Source: Polymyxa betae A26-41 (lineage: Eukaryota > Protista > Endomyxa: Phytomyxea). Taken from it: a stretch of 64,000 nt of DNA. Position 1 is the stretch's first letter, and each line of letters opens with the position of its first letter. The position numbers and the translations under genes are program-made. Shown piece after piece: positions 38,430 through 49,440 of the stretch. The stretch covers positions 124,001-188,000 of the forward strand of contig RBZT01000751.1 of assembly GCA_003693705.1 (NCBI GenBank). Reading direction: 5' to 3'. The notes beneath the pieces were generated by a model. That model ran no database searches and was not told the DNA's origin. It saw nothing but the letters and a program-made list of their open reading frames with translations.

Positions 38430-39281
38430 ATGAACGAGAATGACACAGATCGGTGCAACCTGGCATCCGTTCAATCTCGGTCGGACCGAGACAGCGATTA
38501 GTGGCGGCGGCGCTTGATTGTCGATCGGAGAACGACGGGATCGGCTGCGGGTCGGAGCCGGACTTGCCCTTCCGATGGTAACATTACTGATTACATCGAT
38601 ATTGGATAACCTGGGTGCCTTCAAATAGTGGTAGCAATTCACATATGAAACTTTTCACGTAACATTATTCAGTGCGACTTAATCAGCAGTGCGGTCATGT
38701 CAATTTTGTACTAATAAGTGAAGATATCTCTCCAATTTACACATTTGGAAACCAATCGGGCTTGAGCTCGACGGTTATGAAAGCTGCCAACGATAACCCG
38801 AATTTAACCGGCAGCAACACGAATCATGCAATGCAATGCTGATTCGAATCAAAACCCAGGAGACCCAATTCATACGCGGACCCATTCATATATCGTTGTC
38901 GTCAAACAGCGGCAATTCGTCTTCCAGGTTCATGCTGATTTGCTGGATGAAGAGGAAGCGCCCTGGCGGAGTTGGAAGTACGAGAGGCTGGTGCACGGCG
39001 CAGTCCGCGATCTCTCCCTCCCTACTGTCCTTCTCAATCACACATTTCGTGCTCGTCTCGAACCCAGCCAATCACCACCATCCTTCTCTCCCCAATACCG
39101 CCCCAGATCATCGCCTGCTAGATCCGCCTCTAACCTATATTCATAAGTTCGTTGACCGTGCCCTATTCTGCGCCGTCTCCTGCCAGAGAGACGACCACCT
39201 TTCTGTATTTTCATGAAGTTTCCGAATTCGTTTTTTTTTCTGTTATAAATTCGTTCACCTGCTGATTGGTCTCTGTATCAG

Positions 39282-41293
39282 TGTCAGGATTATCGATCAT
39301 CGGTGAACGTGTCACCGGCACGGAAGTTCGTAATGACAATGGTAATACTGGCTCGCTATGGGTTGGATCTCGATTTTGACACCCGATCTAGTCACCGCCT
39401 GTCTCGCGATCTCCAACATCGTGAAATCATCATTGGGCCCTGTCGGTCTCGATAAGATGCTCGTTGACGAGGTCGGCGATGTCACCATCACCAATGATGG
39501 CGCCACCATTCTCAAGCTTCTGGAGGTAAAAAGCACCATGGTCGAATCATTCGATCCGCTAAAGGGCATCTAGGTCGAGCATCCGGCCGCGAAAGTTCTC
39601 GTCGAACTGTCCAACCTGCAGGATCAGGAAGTCGGGGACGGCACCACATCGGTTGTCATTCTCGCTGCCGAATTGCTGAAGCGCGCCAACGAATTGGTCT
39701 CTGCTAACATCCATCCGACCTCGATCATTGCTGGATTCCAATTTGCTAAGAAGGAATGCTGCAAATATATCGCTGATCATCTATCTCTTAAGGTCAGCCT
39801 GCCTTTAACAACCACCTCTCATTGAAAGTTTCTTCAAAATTTGCTTTTTTATTTTTTTTATGGATCTGATTTGCTGCAGGTTGAAAGCCTCGGTCGCGAA
39901 TGTCTCATCAACTGCGCCAAGACGTCGATGTCGTCCAAGATCATTGGAATGGACAGCGATTTCTTCGCCGAGATGTGTGTGAACGCCGTTCAGGCGGTGA
40001 AGACCGTCACGCCCAAGGGCAAGGTCAAATACTTCCTGAAAGCCATCAACATTCTGAAGGCGCACGGCCGCTCGTCGACCGAATCCGAGCTCGTCAATGG
40101 GTTCGCATTGAATGCGACGCGCGCTTCGCAACAGATGCCACCGTTCATTAAAGACGCTGTCATCGCCTGTCTCGATATCGATCTTCGCCGTACCAAGATG
40201 GCGTTCGGTGTCCAGGTCCTGGTTGACGACCCCACGAAACTTGAAAAGATTCGCGAACGTGAAAGCGATATCACCAAGGAGCGTATTCAAATGCTGCTCA
40301 AAGCAGGTTCGGTTTGCGATCTGCTCAGAGCGCTCCTTTTGTTTAGATCGCTGTTCAGGTGCCAATGTGATATTGACGACAAAAGGTATTGACGATATGG
40401 CGTTGAAATACTTCGTTGACGCCGGCGCCATTGCTGTGCGCCGCTGTGCCAAGGAGGATCTTCGCCGTATTGCAAAGGCGACCGGTGCTACATTGTTGCT
40501 GTCTCTGGCTGATATGGAGGGTGATTGGCGGTTTCCGTTCTGTATGGCGTTTGGTCTCAGTTTCTGCAGGCAACGAGTCGGTGGATGCCTCGATGTTCGG
40601 TCATGCCGAATGTGTTACTGAGGAAGCCGTTGGTGACAGCCAGCTGCTTTACATCAAGGGCTGCAAGACGACCGCCGCTCAGACGATCGTGCTTCGAGGA
40701 GCGAACGATTTCATGCTGGACGAAATCGACAGGTAAAATGAGAATGCCACTCTGTTGTATTCCGCTAACGATTTGCAGATCGCTACACGATGCTCTGTCG
40801 GTAGTCAAGAGGACGCTCGAGTCCAAGACGGTCGTACCCGGTGGCGGTGCTGTTGAAGCTGGTCTGTCCATCTATTTGGAGAACTTGGCCGAGACGATGG
40901 GCTCCCGGCAGCAACTGGCTATCATGGAGTTCGCACAGGTACGACAATGGCCAGTATTACCCGACTGGTTTTCTGACAATGTCCAATAAGGCTCTGTTGG
41001 TGATTCCGAAGACGCTGGCCGTCAATGGTGCGCTAGACGCGACAGAATTGGTGGCACAGCTGCGAGCGTATCACTACGCCGCCCAGTCTGAGGAAGGACG
41101 AGGCGATAGCAAGTGGATCGGTCTGGATCTGCAAAACGGTCTTGTCCGGGATAGTGTCAAAGCTGGTGTCCTTGAGCCCGCCATGTCCAAGATCAAGAGT
41201 CTGCGATTCGCTTGCGAAGCAGCCATCACTGTTTTACGAATCGACGATTCCATCAAGATGACCCCGAAGGACAAACCCAAAGGCGCCCATTAA
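39282..41293 (+). CDS. TCP1: CCT/TRiC alpha subunit (start codon apparently split by an intron)
   Basis: [71 protein letters not shown]. Confidence 0.96.
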
Positions 41294-41388
41294 TTGAACC
41301 TAGGAGATATCATATCCGAAAACAAATGTTAAATTGACTAAGGAGTCCTCTGGTTCAATCGTCGAGTTCGTTTGAGTACACTTGACTA

Positions 41389-42233
41389 ATGTTCCAATCT
41401 GTATTCATCTCTATCCTCACTTGGGCGTTCTCCCCTGGATTTTGCTTGATCAGCCCGAAAGTTCAGCATGATGAGCTCATCGGTCGCATTGGATCTGCGG
41501 TCTGGGACGATCTGAATCCCGATATCCAATGGGTGTTTGGAGGCAAACATTTCACAGATCCGATTATGTTGACGAACGACCTCTGGCGCCTGAACCGAAC
41601 CGACATGAAATGGAGATTGATTTCTGGGCAGTATCGCAACGCCACAAGCCAAGCTCACTGGCCCGGAAGTCGATCCATAGCTTGTTCCTGGTCGGTGTAT
41701 AACTACTCGACCGGGATGGCATCACATTGGCTCTTCGGTGGCGACGGATATGGCTCTGCTACCAATCCAGGACTGTTATCCGATCTCTGGCAATTCTTTC
41801 CCCAAAATCTGTTCGTAGAACGATCGCCCATAGATAATGACGTCAATGCCATGCCATAGATCATTCGTGTTCAAAGGTGGACCGATCAGTCCGTTTCAAC
41901 CAGGCCAGTACGGCCGCATGCGCGTGGCGAGCTCCAGTTCCTATCCGGGATCGCGAACAGGTTCAACTTGCTGGACTGTTTATAATCGATATCTTTGGCT
42001 GGGCGGTGGAATCGGTTGCGATAATTCCACGGATTGTCAGACACAGCCTCAATTACTGGATGACGGTATGGTGAAATCCAGATGAACAAGGATATCTAAG
42101 CTGACTAATCTTTGAAGCTTGGAAATACGATACTGCTACTGGAGTTTGGACATGGATGCGAGGTCACGATAATTTTGGTGATGCTCGCCTCTTTCCAAGG
42201 GCTATCACTTCAACGACAACCATGATCTTATAA
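41389..42233 (+). CDS. Secreted Kelch-like repeat protein (~3 blades)
   Basis: Signal peptide; repeats PGSR..xW..WLFGG..L(S/N/D)DxW; 2 introns; TAA 42231-42233. Confidence 0.75.
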
Positions 42234-42234
42234 A

Positions 42235-44430
42235 TTAACCGATATCTATCTTGTTTACTATCGACTCTATATCCGATATAATCCTTGTTTTAGGGTGTTT
42301 CTGATTATTGCTTACCACAGACAGCAAGTCTTCAATCAACTCTGCAACAAGTCAGAAACGAGGAAATTTTTCGTCAATTTTCCGACCTTGATTGCCCAGG
42401 ATGTCGACATGATCACCAGAAGTTGGCCCACCTCGAAAATCCCCGCCTCCGAACAGATTGACGGGATCATGCTGATATTCTCTCGTCACTACCGGAATTC
42501 CAGCTGGGTTCAGTCGTCGAGATTTCCATCCGCGAGTACACATGAATCCCTGTAATTGAATGAGAAAATTTTTACGTTGAAGAACAGACAGATAATTACA
42601 AGGCTAACTAGTGGCACTGTTCCATCTCCGTTACTAGTTATGATCCCCTTTCCTTCATTGCTCGTATCAATCTGAAAGGGAACCCGCGAACAGCTGCCTC
42701 CGGTTCGTTGCTGGTAGCTATGACTCTTGATTAATGGTGCTTTCTTGTGTCGAATCTCTTTTACCTATAAGACCTTTCCGTAGGCTTGTTTACTCCATAA
42801 AAGCAATAAATTTTCATCGAAGGCGCCATCGGTAGTTGTGATTGTAATGGGTTGTTCCAGTATTTTGGTCGATGAACAAACTCATCGGTTGTGTCAGTAA
42901 ATCCAAAGCTGGTCGAGTTATCGACTCTGGCCATAAAATTCGGTGCAATCTTCCTTAAAAGATCGAAAGATTCGTCCACGTTTAGATTTTGTTTCTTCAA
43001 AGCAGCTCGCCTTAGCACATATTGAACAAATAGAAAGAGAAAACGAAACAGAATACTCACTTTACGGAGGACTCAAAAGATTCTATATGTCCCAGACTAT
43101 AGTCGGCATTGTTACCCAGACATCCATCATTAGGAGTCTCATTGACCGGTTGCGAATGTGTAAAACGTAGCATAGCTCCAAAGGAGATCTGATTCGGAAC
43201 GTCATCAGGAGCGGAAACGACATCACCCCAAATTTTCACTCCGCCCTGTTCCATATTAGATCTGACAACCGTTTGCCAGGAAATCAAACCTTGGGTAGCA
43301 TGTCCGATAACGATCCCCATGAACGGAAAAGTTTCACGAGCATAGATCGACTCCAAACTTTATCTTTGAGATACTGCAAAGGGGCCGACAGCTCAGCGGT
43401 ATCCTTCATTTCCGCAGACATCAAAGTTGACATCGATTTAGGAACGCCTAACAGAGGTCCAGCAATATTGACGAAGGCATGAATATATGTCTCCACCCAA
43501 TGAGCATTTGCTCTTCCGCCCGATGACGACTGCACCCAGTTCAAGAACTGATAGAACACGAGCGCCCCATAACTGTGAGCGAAAATCACCACTTTCCGTT
43601 CAGATGAGGTTTTATAGGCAATCTCAATGACAGATTTCAACTTCGTGAAGTAATGGTCACGAATTTCGAGGTTCTGAGCTGAAAGGCGCCAATCATACAA
43701 AGCCATGAACATGTTGTTAGGATCATATCCGATCGAAGCTAGTTCTTCTATAAGTGGTGCGAATATCCAATAAATTCCCATCAGAAAATCGGCCCCTTCC
43801 AACCCGAAGCTGGGGCGAACTACGCAGAATGCTCAGTGATTATAGCTATTGTCAAAACGAGCTTCGACCTTTAATCCCGTCGGGATCTAATCCTGTCGTA
43901 TAATTCAACGATAGATGTCGAAAAAGACATACTGGGTCGATAACGGCTTGCTTGATCATGGTTGCCGCGCTACCCCACTACCATCTATCAGAAGCAGCAT
44001 TTTCTGAAGCCAGGACACCTACAATCTTGGTGCGAAACGAATTCGTAACGCAGACATCCGAGTTCCAGATTTCCAACCCAGAGCCCAAAATCCCTGGTAT
44101 GATAATGATTGGGAAATGGGCTTGTACTTTCTCAGGTGTGGCAGCGTCCGCTCGAGGACGCTTTCGACGAGGCGCCGAAACAACCGACGACAGCATTGAC
44201 AGCAGGGCAGCCAGAAACGAGATAACGATTACGAATAGCAGCAAACATAGCCATGGTGGCCCTCGTCGCCATGTGACAACCGGTTTCACTGACTTCCTTG
44301 GAGACGGACGATTGTTGTCGATGGACGACAAGGACCTGGCTCGCGTTCTTCTCCGAGGTTTGCTGGACCTCGTTAACGATGATGACGACGACGTCTGTCC
44401 AGATTGTGGAAGAGATAAAGGCGGCTGCAT
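42235..44430 (-). CDS. PDAT: Phospholipid:diacylglycerol acyltransferase (LCAT/PDAT family)
   Basis: N-terminal TM, IIIPGILGSGLEIW, YDWRLS, AHSYG, LP.AP.MKIYCFYG..KPTERSY, GDGTVPL.SL, HVDILGN. Confidence 0.92.
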
Positions 44431-44488
44431 CACTGCTTCGTCAATGACTGATTCCTCAGTGAGGCCGTAACATGGACTGCATGTCAGA

Positions 44489-44649
44489 TGAGGAAGGCCT
44501 CGCCCAAGTCCTGATCTCTACAGAGATCATGCCCCACCTGCTATTTCATGGCAGAGTGAGGAAGGCCTCACCCCTGTTCATTCGACCAGTCAAGCAGCAT
44601 TGTAGAAATGGCTCCAGAGTCACTCTTGCATGTGAGGGAGGCCTCGCCC
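44489..44649. repeat. Three spaced 17-nt self-complementary motifs TGAGGRAGGCCTCRCCC
   Basis: Copies at 44489-44505, 44557-44573, 44633-44649. Confidence 0.8.
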
Positions 44650-44930
44650 ACTGGCAACAGGCAGGCCAAAGTGGTGACCCGGAACGACCTCTTCGCATCG
44701 CTTCTCATTTGTTCAATGCCTCGAAGGAGACAAGAAGGGGCAAATATCGGGCGAGCCTGAAACCGATGGCGGTGCGGCGTTTGAAACAGCTGCTGCTTGA
44801 CCCGTCCCTGCCACCGAGATATGTATCGTGAATCCCTTTAAGTCGGCAAGCACGACATTCCGCTGCCCGTCACCTATTGCTGTCGCCGTTCCTTTCATTC
44901 TTCATGCTGATCTTCATTTAACGACAGGAC

Positions 44931-46744
44931 ATGTCAATATCGGTGACGGATGTAGTGTCTGAGAAGGCTTTGCTTAAAGCCTTGTTCGAATTTTCAAGCA
45001 GCCTTTCGGATCAGGCGTTAGTTGTTAGTTTAGTATCAATGGATTCTGCGCTAAACGCTGGTGATGATTTCGCAGCGCAAGCTCATCGCCTGCTTTCAAC
45101 GTGTTTTGCTTCCCGAGGACCCTTTTTATTACGTCTGTCCGCAGAGAGAGTTCAACAGATAAATGCTTTTCGTAAAGCACTTAAAAGCAACGATATGGTT
45201 GCAGCCAAAGAAACCCTAAACAACATTCGGCGTGCGGTTATTGATGAAATCGACACTCACATTATGCCAGAATTTTGCAAGCGATCGCCACCAGAAAAAG
45301 CTGTGGTCGATTCGTTCGACGAAGTTTTATGTAATCCTGATTATCTCGCCTTCTTTGCTTTATTCGCATTGAAATATGAAACTTCGCGTCAGGCTTTGTC
45401 TCAGTTTTCACTGGGAAATGGCAATATGAAAAACGCTTTGTCAGAAGACTGCTGGGGGTTATTCAAGGAATCTGACGCCTATTCCACAATGGTTATAACA
45501 AATACGAAGTCTCGATCAACTTTGAGAGCTCTGCGAATGCACCCTTCATTTCAAGGCCTTATTACTGCAACTACAAACTTGGAGAGGAAAGTTCCCCCTG
45601 CCAAGGAGAAGCCGCATATTGACTCTATCGTCGAGTGTCTTTGGAAAACCGGCTCACCTCAAGCTGAAGTTGTATCAGTTTATCCCAAGACTGATGAAAC
45701 GACTATGTCATCCATTACTACCTTCTGCTTTCCTGTTATCAAGGATCCAGCAGCTGTTGAAGACGTCCGAGCATTCGCGTTTGTCTTGACGCGATCAGAC
45801 GGTACAAGAAGGTACGCATGTTGTCAGCAGACTCGACATGCCGACGGAATCGGCGCTGTTTGTGTGATATCGACCTCGCCTGAATACCAGTTAATGAAGG
45901 AGATCGTAGAAAAATCCGACTTTGCCGAGATGCAGGCGCTGATTAGCAACATGGGCGAGCGACCCGAACGAGATCTTCCCGAAATGTCCGATATAAATGT
46001 CAGCATCATCTTTCAGTTAATGCACCCGCTAAGGATTATGTCACTGCTGGAAGCCGTGATTCTTGAGCAGAAGGTTTTGCTGCTCTCAAGCCAACTGAAC
46101 ATCCTTTCGATGGTCGGAGAAACCATTCGATGGCTGCTGTCGCCATTCCAGATATCTGCAGTGTACATTCCAGTTCTGCCGAACTCGTTGATTGAAACTC
46201 TTCATTGTCCGACTTCTTTCTTAATTGGAATGCGTAAACCAAGGTTGCCTTTCCAAACTCTTGCATCTGATAGCCTCTTTCAGATACTTCTGTAATGAAT
46301 GTCGGCATTGATCTGGCTTCTATCGACATGTTGTGTGTCGCTGACCTTGATAACGATCGCGTTTGGTCTGTTGGGTCATCACAGCGGCAATTGCCAGTAC
46401 TGCCGGTCAGTATTCGAGCTCCAATCCTGCATGCTTTGAGGCGGGTCTGCTTCGGGCGCCTGGTCGATATCGATTTCCGAAATGTCTATCGAGAGATAAC
46501 TATTGAGGAGTGGCGGACATCGTTTCAAAAAGCGCTACAAGATCTGCTGCTCTTCGAAATGAAACGGTTCGTTGTTGCTGTACCGGACCTGGATGGTGAT
46601 GAACCCAATCGGATTGTCGCCGTTTTCGACGCACCGGCTTTTCTCTCAACCAAACCAAAAAGCTGGTATGCTTTTCTCCAAGCGTTCTTTTCCACGGCCG
46701 GATTCTCCTCGTTCCTATCGCAAACTATCTTGCCCGCTAGATAA
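44931..46744 (+). CDS. DENN-domain Rab-GEF with N-terminal RGS-like domain(s)
   Basis: FCFP, FVLT..DG.RRY, LEQKVLL.S, LL.PF....YIPVLP, CPTSFLIGM|H, DLDN, FL.AFF.T..FS.F; RGS-like N-terminus; one intron. Confidence 0.85.
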
Positions 46745-46856
46745 AAAAGCTGTATCCCTACATTTGGCTGATTCCTCGGCAACCTTCTAGCAACCAATGC
46801 CCGGCGGCAGTCACATGACTGGACCGTACGTTTAGATCTGGTTTGTAAGCGGCGAA

Positions 46857-47938
46857 ATGACGGCAGCGACGTCGGATGCGAAAGCCGCTTTCGTCAAAGA
46901 TTGGCTGAATGTCGTTGATGGCGATATCAAAACGGTTCGCGAAACACAATTCAATCTGATCGCTCGAGAGAAGAGTGGGCTCTGCAAAATCTACGACCAA
47001 TCCTTTGTCTGAACGATGCCGAAGAGGTCTCCAGCAAAACGCTGGAATTCCTTGAAGCGCTGTCGACGGTCTCCTCCCATGAAGCCAGTCTGAGTCTTCG
47101 ACAATGCTATTCACAGTTCATCGAAACGGTTCAATCGATCGAGACCGAACGCGCGAAAGCAGTACGTCCGTTGTCGCCAAATGGGTGAATTAACGAGCGA
47201 GATGGCGTTAGATACAGCATATGGAACGGATCGTGATACAGCGTCTGGACGTGTTCCGCAATCTGATTAAAGACCAAAAGGAGATCGTTTCGCAGAGGAA
47301 CTCATCGGCTGATAAAATGAAAGCCGCCGGCAAAGCGATCGAGAAACTCGCTGTCAAGCCACAGCGGGATGAAATCAAGATTGTAAGATCCTGGCTGAAG
47401 CCTTCAACGTAAGCGGTTGTTGACATAGCGACCAGGTGCAATCGAAACAGCATCTATTAGCGACGGAAGTCGAATTGCAGAGAGATGAAGAGGCAATGGT
47501 AACAGCCTCGTCATTCTCATCGATAAAGACGCTCAAAGTGAATCACAGAATAACGGAATCATACAACTTGAATCGACACGAATCGACCTGATTCAGGTAA
47601 AAGACGTGGCTTTAGGAATTGCTCAATACCCATCATATCGGCTGCTAGGATACTTTGGCACGATTTGTAAATTGCTCAATGTATTTCCATGGAAAGGTAT
47701 AGCGATGGAGTTATGTAGTGTCAGAGCCTAAACCGCTGTCAACAGGCGATCGAATCGCTGTCAGGCTTAGTTCGACACATTGCTACTCTTGATACGGATG
47801 CTGAAAAGGCGGTATGATGCCGAATTCCATCTAATCATGTGATTTATACGTCCTTAGATACTGCTGGCTAAAATGGCAACATTTACAGAACAACCCCATG
47901 ATCGGGACGACCGGTCTCAGGTTCACGAAGTCGATTGA
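46857..47938 (+). CDS. FAM92: FAM92/CIBAR ciliary BAR-domain protein (mostly missed by ORF track)
   Basis: Spliced helical protein with TEVELQR and FVNCSMYFHGK|AIESL, matching the FAM92 ETELQR and MLFHGKALE motifs; 6 short introns. Confidence 0.75.
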
Positions 47939-48490
47939 GATGTGATAAAATAATGCTTCTGGATCAGTACGACCGGAATCACTCAATATACTGATTGCAA
48001 ACGTTCCCTATCTGCATATGACATCACGTGATTGGCACTCAGAACAGAAGTCAGCGATGTCAGATCCTTCTGAGCTGTAATCAGCGATCGGGAACTGCAA
48101 CTGACAGTAGCTGGCCGTACACAAATGGACCCTTCTAGTGATTGCAATGCACAACAGCAGCAGCCCACCACATGCCCAGGTACGGCATGGAACTGCAATT
48201 CCAACGTGCGTAACCCAGCTGGGGCGTACTGGGATTTCCAGTTGCAATGGATACCCGGCAGCCAGTTATGTCAGTTGAGTTCGATCTACCATCCAGCCAG
48301 AGCAGCCACCAATGATCATGATTGGCCCCTGAAGTCGATCATTCATTATGTATTTGTCACGATCGGAACTTGTTGTTTTTGTTGATCGGAACGTGACGCA
48401 GCGTTCAAGACGGCCACCAATCAATCGGATTCGGGGCTTTGCCTGCCCGTATATCCAAATTATCTCACGAAATACTACATCAATTAAAAT

Positions 48491-49381
48491 ATGGACTCCC
48501 CTGTTGTCTTACCCGAACATCACCCGACGCTCGTAAACCATGAATTGCACCCTGCTCATATACCCGATCATGAGCATCACGACAACTTTGGCCGAGACGG
48601 AAAGATGACCAAGGTGATCGAGGAAATCCCCATAATCGGCTTTGTTAAGGCCGGCATTCATGCCTCGAATGGCGATCGTGACCGCGCTTTGCGGGCAGTA
48701 GCTAAATGTTCCTCTTCTACTATTCATGCTGGTACAATGTTGGCTGCCAACATTGCAACCGGCGGTTTAGGTACTGGGCATATGATGTTTAACTGGCGTT
48801 AGCCTGAAAGCATTCTTTTCAGGTCTGTTGCCAACGCTGGCACTAGGAGCCTTTGCTGGTGGTGTTGGATTCGCTTCCGAGCAGGCACTAAAGCAACAGA
48901 TCGAGGTCGGTTGTCGATGCGGTAGATTTGTTTGGTCTGCTTCTAAGTCAGTCGCGAACAGTGCCCGAAAGTAAAGGAGGACTGTTCGCCGGCAACGACG
49001 AAAGACTTGGCGCTGACGGCAGGATTCGGGTCGGCATTCGCACTGGTCGGGGGTGCGGGCGGTGCCGTTGCAAAAAGCTTCGTCCAGGAGATCGGCAAGA
49101 CAGGCGTGACGAAGCACGCGACAGGATTTGTTGCGGGCCAGACTGTGAACCAGATTCAGGTGGCCCCTGTCAAACGCGACGTCAAAGAACGAATTAATAT
49201 CCTGGCTGATGATGAAGCCACCAGCATTACTTCGCAAGTAGAACGGAAGATGGCCAGAAGAGCTTCGCGCCAACGCCGGTCAAGCACAAAGAGACGCGAT
49301 AAAATGACTGCCAGCCTATCACGCCCCCGAAGTTCGCTTCGCAGACGCAGTTACAGCCAGCACGAATTCCACTTCTATTAG
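48491..49381 (+). CDS. Hypothetical glycine-zipper membrane protein
   Basis: His-rich N-terminus, IPIIGFVKAGIHASNGD, two Gly/Ala hydrophobic stretches, basic tail; 2 introns. Confidence 0.7.
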
Positions 49382-49440
49382 ACCCACAAATTGAATGAAC
49401 GAATATCTTTTTGGCCCTGCAAGAATGACAACTTCTTTCA

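Noticed and set aside
38826-39216. Overlapping 106/126-aa ORFs upstream of TCP1
   Set aside because: No motifs; likely promoter/5' UTR sequence
39805-40452. 215-aa minus-strand ORF (also 27997-28437, 43952-44470, 34288-34776, 1547-2442)
   Set aside because: Antisense shadows of well-supported conserved genes
44489-44649. CRISPR array
   Set aside because: Only three 17-nt repeats with 51-59-nt spacers, no cas genes, eukaryotic intron-rich context
46758-47114. 118-aa minus-strand ORF
   Set aside because: Antisense to the spliced FAM92 gene
47983-48385. Small Cys-rich ORFs on both strands
   Set aside because: No consistent gene model, signal peptide or family; a small spliced gene cannot be excluded
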